From positions 31,558,001 through 31,622,000 of the forward strand of contig NW_027266269.1 in NCBI RefSeq assembly GCF_022045235.1: DNA of 64,000 nucleotides, given 5' to 3'. The notes beneath the pieces are model-generated. The model was given only the letters and a program-made list of their open reading frames with translations. It was not told the origin of the DNA and did no database searches. The position numbers and the translations under genes are program-made. Every line of letters starts with the position of its first letter. Position 1 is the first letter of the stretch. Source of the stretch: Haliotis cracherodii. Taxonomy: Eukaryota. Of this stretch, positions 1-11,555 are shown piece by piece.

Positions 1-1444
1 TTCTCGCTACACTCTTAATTACCAGCGGATCATTGTTTGAATCAACTACAAACCCACCCCCAACCTGACCCCCAAGACCCCCCCCCCCCCCCCCCCCGCC
101 TCTCCCCTCTGGAGTATACAACCTACATGTATAACTGTGTAAGGTGTAGCCTGTGGGTTATGGAGTCCCACACAACCGAACACTGTTTTCTGGCAGCCCC
201 AGGGTCATGCTCTCGGCGACTCTGGAATCGATCTTTCAACTATCAGCACCGGCCGCCACGCCTGCTGGTAAAGAATTTTGTTTTATTAAATCTACATTTT
301 TTAACTATCTCTCAACAACGTTAACATTAGCGGGGACTGGTTTCGCCCAATTTAGGCGCTCAAATGCACTGTGCAGAGTTGCGTCCCTTAAGTGTGGCCG
401 GATGATGTTGAGCCCCTCATTCGCCCTGTTTATGATCATTATGCTGTCAGCAATGTATCTCTGTAGTGGGTTTTTACGAAATAGTCTGTTTTCCTATTCA
501 AGACGGCGCTAACCCCAACCCATTTACTTAAAAACTTTAAATTAAATAAACGATTATTTCTAAAATACTGAGACACATTACATTAACGTTGACATAACGC
601 TCCATCATGCTGACGAAAGAATGACACAACGTTTTGCTGAAAGTCTTCGACAGTGAAGTTCAAATAAAAAAATACATTATTCAGATACACAAATACACAA
701 TTTCCGTCACATGTATGTCACACATTTCGGAAACTGTTTCAGAAACACTCCCACGTTCATGACGTACCAATACGTCACCATCGTGATCGACTGTGAGCGA
801 CACCCATACAATCTATCACCGCCTTTATATACGTCACGGGCGGTAGGTATTGAGAACATCTTCCCCAGAACACAAGCTCAATACAAGCTGACCAGGCAGC
901 AGCACGAACCTTGAATACTTTTCAGAACCAAGGAGTTAACATAAACAAGATAAACATGAAGTGGACCCCAGCCATTAGGATGTTCGCATTACTCTGTGAG
1001 TAGATATGTGTCTTCTTGTTGCTGGTTGTTTTACGGGCTTCGTAAATGTCAGGGAGAGGAGATTGTTGTTGTCGCCTTGATGATGGCGTGTGCGCTGTCA
1101 AGGCCGATGTCAGTTGTCGGTTTATTCTCCACATTGTCATAAGGCAATTTATATACTTCAGTTAATACTTTATTCATGAATTGAATATATTCACAACCTA
1201 TTTATGACATAATGGTCGCACTCGAAAACTGGCCTGTATTTTGGAACGGTATGTCAAAAAAGTCCCTTGTTATTTTAAGTGGTAATAATAGTATGTGGTT
1301 AGAAAGGATACACGTGTACTATTACAATCTCACTGTTGACGTATAATCTTAATGTTTTGCTGATTAAATTATGTAAATGCATAATTACAAATAAAATATT
1401 CAATATTTGATTTCAATCCAATCATAACATGGTGAATGGGAACA

Positions 1445-2625
1445 CAAAAGAAAATGTGTAGTAAACATTGTTTACCTCCAATACATATTAGAACGGCCTC
1501 AAACTACCCTGTGGAAGACCTTAGATACATTATTAATAATCACAAATTAATACTTTTACAATGGTTGATTATAATTTGCTGACCACGTCACAACCATCAT
1601 AGTGTGTGAGCCACGTGCATTCAGATACCTTTGTATTTGTAGCCTATGTGTCAAATATAGACCACAGGTGATCGTTCATCGTTAACGCTTGTCACGACTG
1701 GGACCATGGCCTCAATGAGTGTCTTAGTCATTACTAGAATGTTCAACACAAAACAAATGGAACAGCAATACAGATCAGTTAAAAATCCCATCCTGTGACA
1801 TAATTAACAACAGTGCAATCGTGTTCCCATTTCCCATGTCGTGATTGGATAGAATAATGGAGACGAGGGTAACCCAATTCTGTTACACTGTTTTTAATTT
1901 CAATTTACAAAAAGATTAATATTTCCAATCCAAATTCAGCCCCTTACTTAGTATGTTTTTTATGTAATGTGAACTGAAATTGTGATGGCCGTGTAAGCAC
2001 GTCAGTGACGTATGTTGTGTGTCTCGCTAGAGATGTTGTTTGTTGTTTAACGCCACACTCAGCAATATCCTAGCCATATTAAGACAGACAGACTTTTCGA
2101 GTCTGGACCAATCAGTCCAATGATCAATGTTGTGAACAACGATCCTGGCCGTCGGGGTAAGATGACAGTTTGTTAGGGGTCTGTTTAACCTGGAATTCAC
2201 AAGGGGAGACACCAAAGGTTACTGGGACCTTCTCTAAACCGGAATCTTCATGGGGATGTAGTTCGAAAGATGAAGTGAGTGAGTATGGTTTGACGCCGCT
2301 TTTATCAATATTCCAGCAATATCCCGGCGGGGGGCACCAATATGGGCTTCATACAGTGTAAACATGTCAGGAATCGAACCCGGGTCTTCGGCTTGATGAG
2401 CGAACGCTTTAACCCCTAGGCTACCCCACCGCCCCTTCGAAGAGAAAGAAAATGTTTATAACATTATTTACCCTCCAGTACATATTAGAACGGCCTCAAA
2501 CTACTCTGGCGTGACTTGACCTTAGATACATTTTTAATTATTACAAATTAATATTTTAACGAAGGTTTTATTCGCATGACCAAGTCACGACCATCATAGA
2601 GTGTGAACAACGCGGATTCAGATCA
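1445..2625 (+). repeat. Local duplication of about 180 bp (1445-1630 and 2450-2625)
   Basis: Shared tacatattagaacggcctcaaactac...accttagatacatt...caccatcatag..tgtg..ttcagat. Confidence 0.75.
2275..2435 (-). mobile_element. SINE family A (tRNA-derived head, (ACTC)n tail)
   Basis: Reverse complement of the approximately 165-bp consensus seen at 13425. Confidence 0.85.
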
Positions 2626-3507
2626 TCGCGTTACATTTGGTCTACTCCGTTTCTCTAATTGTTGTTGGGACATATTATGATTGATAATTTCGGGTGAAAA
2701 AGTCTGTGAAACGAGTAACAAATAGCTGGCCATGAAACCAATGACAAGGACATCCTCAAACAAACACCCATTGTGCCATAACACCTCTGATTCACGTGAC
2801 GGATGTATGTCTTTGTCTCCTTGTCTTTGATTGGTCGTTCCGTGGCCTAATTCATCCAATCATTAATAACTGTCATGGACTAGCGGTTGAAGACGCACAA
2901 GGTCGCGCCAGAGTGTACCGTTAGTGTGTTAAATTTCTTATTGACAAACAGAGATGAGTGCACCTCCCTCCTTTTTAAGCATATAAAACATGCATTTGAA
3001 AATTTAATTGGTTTAGAAATACGAAATGAAGAAATATTACGACATGCCAACTGACACAAAATTTGAATACTTTCAATGTAAAAAATAACATATATACCGC
3101 ATTTACAAGTTATAGAAGATCGATGGCAGCTCGTCCTCAAATATATATTATGTATTATATCCCTATTCTATTATGACATCTACCGCGGAAGTATAACCTT
3201 TCAAAGAATCTTATTCCTCCCAATTTTAATGGTACGACACTCTAAATTGCCGGGCAATCTCTCTTATGAACGATGGAATACTGCGAAGTTGGTGAAGACG
3301 AGTGATGACTACTGACGTCACTTCCGAAACGATGCTACTATGGCGAATGCGACCAGAATCTTTATTGTAATATAACTGAGACACAGTACACTAGATATTC
3401 GTGAATGGTCGCCGATAGAAGCCGGCATTCGTGACCAACTCATATTATTCCGGGAAAAGCCGAATAGCGAGTCGTGCCCCTCTCGTGTCCATTTATGCGG
3501 CCGCAAA

Positions 3508-3835
3508 CGGGCATACCCAAAACAATTGTCAACTCGTTGCGTAATGGTTCACATATATTTCCCAATATATTATATATATTTCAGATGCAATTTAAAGCAC
3601 ATCGGGGCATACGGAATTATACAGTATGTTTGAACACATTTAACGGTGTGTTGGGTACATATTTAGATGCAGGACATATGTATATTCATAAATTATTCCT
3701 GAGGGACTCTTTGACGAAGAATTTGAAGTCATACGCGCATTCTGATTGGTTTGTTGTATTTTCGCACGTAACATTCATCGATAGGGGGACGAGTCCTCTT
3801 GCAGGTTACGGAAAGGGGCGAGTGGTGACGAATGA
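3508..3835 (+). repeat. Unclassified dispersed repeat, second copy at about 56130-56462
   Basis: Long collinear match (e.g. tcatacgcgcattctgattggtttg...gcaggttacggaaaggggcgagtggtgacgaatg). Confidence 0.8.
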
Positions 3836-4422
3836 GAAGCAGGTTCTTGTAGATCCCTCCCCTCCCTCCCTCCCCCTTCTCACACACATCGAACAATTCT
3901 GCATGCATATGCGACAACTACGACCGTTCTTCGACGGCTTTACGTTCTCAAGCGAATCAAACCTGACGAGAGAACTATGTAACATGTAACATTGGACAAC
4001 CAGACACTGACATTTTAACATCAGCGTTCGATATCACATGTGATCATATCACACACAATATTTCATCCAAGCCAACTGGTGTATCGCTCTTTCAAACATG
4101 TTCTTGCTCTGACCGGGTGAAAAGTATTACGATGTAGAAATATGACTTTTACGACCTCCTATATCTCGTCAGTGACGTTTCCGCTTTCATGAAACATGTC
4201 ATTTATCTTCCTCGCCATATGACCGGAAGTACGTTCCGCGCATGACCGACTTTAGGTTTAGGATTCCGCCATGCTAAGTAAGCATGTTACCTACTCCTGT
4301 AGCTTCAGGCTATTGTAACAAACATATTCCCTCACGAACAGTGATAAATTAGGAAGAATTCAACAACGCACGGCCGCAAGTGGGCGTCTTAATGTGAAGA
4401 GCCATAGTTTTTGTCTTGTTAC

Positions 4423-5030
4423 ATCCGTGAAGATCTGGGTTAGAATAGGTCTTCAGCAACCCATGATAGCCCTTAAAGGCGACTATGCTTGTCTTAAGAG
4501 GCGTCTAACGGGATCGGGTGGTGCATGTCATCGTATCCCAATTGCGTGGATCGATGCTCATGATGTCAGCCACAGCGTCCGTGGTCTAGTGTCATACCGA
4601 AAGACGTTAAAAGATGGTACTTGTTGATACCCTGCCTGGCGCTCTGTATTAGGGGTCTGGGCTCGAAGTGAGTATACTGTGTGTAGGTGGGGGTATTCAT
4701 GTTCAACTGCGGTATGGTATCTCAGTGGACTACAATCGGCATTAGTCCGAGCAAGCACGTCGCAATATAATTGGCCTTACCTATCCGACATCAACCCACC
4801 TACGATATACGCCTTCTCCTCTGTGGTGTAATAGAAAGAGCGTTTAACCGGAGAACGGAAGACCGGTGCCTCGATGCCCAGCCGCGTCGTACCGACAGAT
4901 GCTAAAAGATGGTACTTGTTGTTACCCTGCCTGATCTTAAAGGAGATACGCGAGCCAGTGCAGTGGGATATCCATTTTAAACTGCGACATGGTATTTCAT
5001 TGGGCAGGTACCTGCTTTAGTCACGACCAG
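4423..5030 (+). mobile_element. Cluster of decayed SINEs: family B 5' part fused to two family D copies
   Basis: B head 4423-4575; D cores (aagatggtacttgtt) at about 4612 and 4907. Confidence 0.75.
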
Positions 5031-5429
5031 TACAATCAGCACCCCCCCCCCCCCCCCCCCCCACGTTGCTATAAAAATGCAATAATCTTATACGCGACAA
5101 TAAACCCCAGTTCACCTCAGCTCTCCATAATGTCTTCCACTAGGTCTCAATCTGATTTTACACCAGCCTTCAGAAGCCCCAATCTGGATTTGCGGTCACA
5201 TGACTTTTACGTTATGATAAATGTTTGTCTCAGCATTATTCGTGTTTATCACGAGCATCAAACCCCGGCCATGTATCCAATAGATCACTACATTGACATG
5301 CTGGGAGACATCAATCAGCCCGCCTCATCACACGTGATGGATCACAGTCGTAGGGGACGTATGAAGGAACAGTCCAGTAATAAACCATTGTTATGATGAC
5401 AAACAGATCACCCAAAATGAAACTTCAGT

Positions 5430-5960
5430 TGAATGCTGTAGCTCGATCATTTTATTACCGTCTTCGCCATGCTTGTGGTTTTGACACAGAGGTCCATCCA
5501 TGGTACGACCCAGAATATGTAGAGGGCGTTATGGAAAAATTCAAAATTCTTTGGAATAGGCCGGTTTTACAGCCTCAGGCGTATCCGGGCCAACAAACCT
5601 GATTTTGTCCTTTTAGATAAATCAAATGAAATCATTTATACCGGTGAATTTTCTGTCCCTTTTGACAATAATGTGATTGACCAGATTCAGCAAAAACATG
5701 GCAAATATGCGGTCCTCGCTTTCGAAATGTCACGCTTGCATCCCAAGTACCTAGTTGTCCAACTCCCCATTGTTCTTGGAACCCTATGTTTGGTACCTCC
5801 CAATCTGTTGACTGACATTGTAAGAGTACCCGGGTTTGCTACCAGGAATACAGCCCTTCTGACAATCTGGGTAATGCAGAAGGCTGCGGTGTTGGGGAGT
5901 CTTCACATTCTGGGTGTGTTTGCATTTTTTAAATTTTAATCTGTACATAATAATAATAAC
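5430..5960 (+). mobile_element. 3' end relic of an R4/Dong-like non-LTR retrotransposon (restriction-like endonuclease domain)
   Basis: With one frameshift it reads NAVARSFYY...KILWNRPV/RIRANKPDFVLLDK..IIYTGEFSVPFD..QKHGKYAVLAFEM..VVQLPIVLGTL..MQKAAVLGSLHIL (PD..E/D..K..KY RLE pattern), ending in a (TAA)n tail at 5948-5959 typical of Dong elements. Confidence 0.8.
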
Positions 5961-6041
5961 AACATCCTCATCATATGGTGTGACGGGACATGGAAACTCG
6001 TCTATTCTACAATTATTGTTACATTTTTTTTTCATTTGCAG

Positions 6042-6077
6042 GTATCACACAGACTACAACAGCTTTTCTTTCACAAA
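6042..6077 (+). CDS. Gene 1 exon (G)ITQTTTAFLSQ, 36 nt, phase 1-1 (may extend 5' to ATG 5990)
   Basis: tttttcatttgcAG acceptor, A|GTGAGT donor, in frame with the next exon. Confidence 0.65.
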
Positions 6078-9000
6078 GTGAGTTTTGTAATTTGATGGTT
6101 CAATATCACAAACACTGCTTAAATATTTCAGTCTATAAATACTTATGAAGTAAGACAAATTCTATGGATGAACAACTTCTTTATTACAATTAGTGTGACG
6201 TTTCGGTGTAGATACTAACACCTTTGTCAAGCAAGAAGTTGTTCATCCATAGAACTTGTCTTACTTCATCACACCACCTTCTAAATGCCAGTTAAAGAAG
6301 TTATAAATATTTATGTATATTATTATGTGTTTCACGCTAACAACGACTTTGCGTTTGTAGTGTGTGTTGTGGTGATAAACGAGGGTGACTTTTGTAAGCG
6401 TGCATTTAACTTCATATGTATCACTCCGAATTGTCAAATTCGTAACCAGGACGATTTCACTAGAAAGGGTATCGTGCGGAATAACAGGGTTCCATCGTCT
6501 TTAGCTATAGTCACAATGTCTTCACCTATAGTCACAATGTCTTCACCTATAGTCACAATGTCTTCACCTATAGTCACAATGTCTACACCTATAGTCACAA
6601 TACCTTCACCTATAGTCACAATGTCTTCACCTATAGTAACAATACCTTCACCTATAGTCACAGTGTCTTCACCTATAGTCACAATGTCTTCATCTATAGT
6701 CCCAATACCTTCATCTATAGTCACAATGTCTTCCCCTAATAGTCACAATGTCTTCACCTATAGTCACAATACCTTCATCTATAGTCACAATGTCTTCCCC
6801 TATAGTCACAATGTCTACACCTATAGTCACAATACCTTCATCTATAGTCACAATGTCTTCCCCTATAGTCACAATGTCTTCACCTATAGTCACAATGTCT
6901 TCACCTAGTCACATAGTCTTCATCTATAGTCACAATACCTTCATCTATAGTCACAATGTCTTCACCTATAGTCCCAATGTCTTCACCTATAGTCCCAATA
7001 CCTTCATCTATAGTCACAATGTCTTCCCCTATAGTCACATAGTCTTCACCTATAGTCACAATGTCTTCCCCTATAGTCACAATGTCTTCCCCTATAGTCA
7101 CAATGTCTTCACCTATAGTCACAATGTCTTCACCTATAGTTACAATGTCTTCACCTATAGTCACAATGTCTCCACCTATAGTCACAATGTCTTCACCTAT
7201 AGTCACAATGTCTTCACCTATAGTAACAATACCTTCACCTATAGTCACAATGTCTTCACCTATAGTCCCAATATCTTCATCTATAGTCACAATGTCTTCC
7301 CCTGTAGTCACAATGTCTTCCCCTATAGTCACAATGTCTTCACCTATAGTCACAATGTCTTCACTTACAGTCACGATGTCGTCACTGGTCATAATGTCTT
7401 CACCTATAGTCACAATGTCGTCACTAGTCATAATGTCTTCCCCTCTAGTCACGATGTCGTCACTGGTCATAATGTCTTCACCTATAGTCACGATGTCGTC
7501 ACTAGTCATAATGTCTTCACCTATAGTCACGATGTCGTCACTAGTCATAATGTCTTCACCTATAGTCACGATGTCGTCACTAGTCATAATGTCTTCACCT
7601 ATAGTCACAATGTCGTCACTAATCATAATGTCTTCACCTATAGTCACAATGTCTTCACCTATAGTCACGATGTCGTCACTAGTCATGATGTCTTCACCTA
7701 TAGTCACGATGTCGTCACTAGTCATAATGTCTTCACCTATAGTCACGATGTCGTCACTAGTCATAATGTCTTCACCTATAGTCACGATGTCGTTACTAGT
7801 CATAATGTCTTCACCTATAGTCACGATGTCGTCACTTGTCATAATGTCTTCACCTAAAGTCACTGTGTGTTTATCTTGTCATACCGCCTCATGTTTCAGG
7901 TGACCGCTGCACATTCGTGGACATCATTACTTGTTGGTTCAACCCATGCCGATCATCTGTGTGCCCTCTCTACCCACAAGCCACATGCAGGTAGAGTAAC
8001 CGTTCTTGAAAAGTAGCCCAGTTGCCTCACGTGTCAGTGGGATGTTGGAGGAAAGTCCCCAGTGAGTCAAGGGCGGTCGGGTAGCCTAGTGGTGAAAGCG
8101 TTCGCTCGTCACGCCAAAGGCCCGGGTTCGATTCCGCAGCTGGGTATGTGTGACGCTCATTTCTTCTGTCCCTGCCGAGATATTGCTGGAATATTGTTAA
8201 AAGGGGCGAAAAGCAATCACAGTGAGTCACGTCCTAAACGTTTCCGCTTTGTAAAAATCAACGAGCGACCCGTAAAGATCCGGTGTAGAATAGGTCTTCA
8301 GCAACCCATGCTTGCCGTCAAAGGCGACTATGCTTGTCGTAAGAGGCGACTAACGGGGTCAGGTGGTCAGGCTCGCTGACTTGTTTGATGCATGTCATCG
8401 ATCCCAATTGCGTGGATCGATGCTCATGATGTCAATCACTGGATTGGCTGGACCAGACTCGATTATTTACAGACCGCCATCATATGGCTGGAATATTACT
8501 GAGTGCGGCGTTAAACAACAAAGAAAGAAATCAACGAGCATGGTGCAAACAAACCAATGATCATAATCAGGGTGAATGCTGAACCCATGCTCCTGGCACA
8601 TTTAAGGGGAGCGACTCTGTAGAATCTTTTTCTTAAAATGATATATATTCGAAAAAGATGCGAGAAACAATGCGAGTTCAAACACTAAATAAACAAACAT
8701 GCAAGTTATGAATGCCAATCCAATATACTAACTTAGCCTATGACGTCGATCCGGGTTCGATTCCTCAAATGAGTACACTGAGAGAAGCACTCACTCACTC
8801 ACTCACTCACTCACTCACTCACTCACATATTTTCTATTTTCAGTTTGGTGTATATGCGTTGCGGCTGTCGACCTGTGTGGCATACAAGTTTCGGGCAAGT
8901 CAACTGTAACGGTCCACGTAAGGAATTTGCTGTTTTGTAAAAAACCCGGTTTGATTCGATTCCTCATCTAAACAAAGCATCGACACTCGATCTAGCGATC

Positions 9001-11521
9001 AAGATGCTCCGATCTTTTAAGTTAACTAGTGTTGCATATGTCAGATGTGCTGAAATAATGTCAAGTTATTGTTGTGCTTGTTTTGAAATCAGAATAGCAA
9101 CCTATGCCTGTCATAAAAGGCGACTCAATCGAGCAGGTGGTCAAGCTCGCAATATGATTGATCCACGTCATCGTATTCAAATCCCGTTGCTCGATGCTCA
9201 TGATTTCAATCACTGGTCCAGACTAGATTATTCACAGACTGCCGTCACAAAGCTGGAATATGAGCTGTTAAACGTAGAGAAAAAAACACCAAAAAATATA
9301 TTTTTACAACCATTGCTGTTTTGGGGAAGCAACAGTTACTGGTAAATTCATATAACGTATTTGCCTTGTTTCTCCTTCAGTGCATTTCGGTTTCGGTAAG
9401 CAGAGTGGCCTCTTTCCTTATACTACATGTGCTACGTGATAATGCTTTGCATATATTCATTTACGTTCAGACAAACACCCGACATTGAAATCTCGTTAAT
9501 CTGGAAACCCTTCTTCCGGACCTTGTTAGTCCGGACACAGTCAATGTGGGGTTCGTTAGTACAGACACCGTCAATCATGAAACTCTTCTTCCGGACCTCG
9601 TTTGTCCAGACACCTTTCATCTAGAAACCCTTTTTCCAGACCTCGTTACTCCAGACACCGTTAATCTGGAATCCCTTCTTCCGGACCTCGTTAGTCCAGA
9701 CACCGTCAATCTGGAATCCCTTCTTCCGGGCCTTGTTAGTCCAGACACAGTCAATTATGAAACCCTTCTTCCGGACCTCGTTAGTCCAGACACCGTCAAT
9801 CTGGAAACCTTTCTTCCGGACCTTGTTAGCCAAGATACCGTCAATCATGAAACCCTTCTTCCGGACCTCGTTAATACAGACACCGTCAATCATGAAACCC
9901 TTCTTCCGAACCTCGTTAGTCCAGACACCGTCAAACATGAAACACTTCTTTCGGACCTCGTTAATCCAGACACTAATAATCTGGAAACCTTTTCCCCGGC
10001 CTTGTTAGTTAATCTGGATACCATCTCTCAGGACGAACAGTGTTGGGTGACATATATACAAAATGACATGACATATATACAAAGTGACATCTACCAGTAA
10101 TACGTAAACTTGTTAAACCGAGAGAAACAACTCAGATCTCTACAGTCCGGATTACCAGGGTTTCTCTGTATATTTAGAGATGATCTCATTTATGCCGCAT
10201 TCCTGGATGGATCATCTGAGGATACCCTTCTCCACCACCATACAATAAAAACTTGGGTAGTTGAGCTGCATCCTGCGACTCCAAGGCATCACTATCTGCA
10301 ATGCACGTGTTTTAAATCTCACACCAACACCACTCCTAATACCAGTCACAACCAGACATAATGATCCCAAACCAATTATTTGGTTTATTGGTATACAATG
10401 TACCCTATTCCCCCATTTCCTCTCCGAACTTCGCCGTTATTATTTCTGCCGTTCTCCCAGAAATGATTCGCTCAGCTTTCCCGCCATTTATCAAGCAAAC
10501 AAGCGCAAATCATGTTGACGGTTTCAATAATCGAACCGATATATTTGCTTGTTGCTACATTTGCTATTTAAATGTTTTTGCTTCCATTGTTCTATGGTCG
10601 ATTCGGTGATTGTGCTTTTATGGCTGTACACAACCCCGGGTAGAGACGAACAGATGTTTTTGCTGATTTTTGTCGCTTTAGCTTCTGTGACAGTTTTGGG
10701 CTTGATAATCCCGCTATCACAGTCAGTATTATCACTGGCTCATTTTACTAATTCATCATTTATTTTTTTTGTGGACATTCTCAATAATATTAAAAAGATT
10801 CGCCTGCTTTCATAACGCCATGTTGGATAAACTCGTTTCACTTTGGTTCGAGATTAAGTCGCTTAAAATAGATATATATCCTCGAAACAAGCGAAATGTT
10901 CTTCCCCTGCACTAAATATTAACAACGGGAAACTCTGATGATAAAAGACAAGCTGACTTCGTTCTAAAAAATATGATTTATCAACTATCACCGATGTTAT
11001 GTTAAACAACAAAAAATATTGGGTACTTTATGTGTCGACCAGAGGGACTGACAGTCACGTGAATTACCGGCCCAAGCCTAAATCTACGGGTCCAAAATCG
11101 TTGAGTACCGGTGAGCGGGAACATGGTTTGTTAGTGCTATGTCTGAATTTCAAATCGATAATCATCTTGCATCGGAGTCACTCTGTTTGATAATTTGGAT
11201 TTAACTACTTAGATCAAATTACCTTGGACTGTCCGTTAGTCACGGTGTAGTACCCCTTTAACACTACTGCATGACAGGAACTCATCTCATCCTATTGTTC
11301 TTTCAGAAATCCCTGTGACGTCAGCAATATTACCCGGTTAGTGAAACTTACTTTCTAGACTTAAGAATGAATGTGTCTCACGATGTATGCACAGACATCA
11401 GACATCAGATCGCAGCAGGAAGCCATTGCACAATACTTGTTGTCTGAATGCTCTCCCAAGTACGGATAGTACTCGATATTTCATCGCAAAATTATTATTA
11501 TTATTTTCATTATTATTATTT

Positions 11522-11555
<34 letters not shown>

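Noticed and set aside
4271-4283. gccATGCTAA|GTAAGC as the first exon of gene 1
   Set aside because: Phase-compatible, but it yields no hydrophobic signal peptide and has no other support; the gene 1 start remains unresolved.
6285-7903. Long ORFs (207-369 aa) on both strands
   Set aside because: Translations of the 21/39-bp minisatellite; open in several frames, with frameshifts between units, inside a gene 1 intron.
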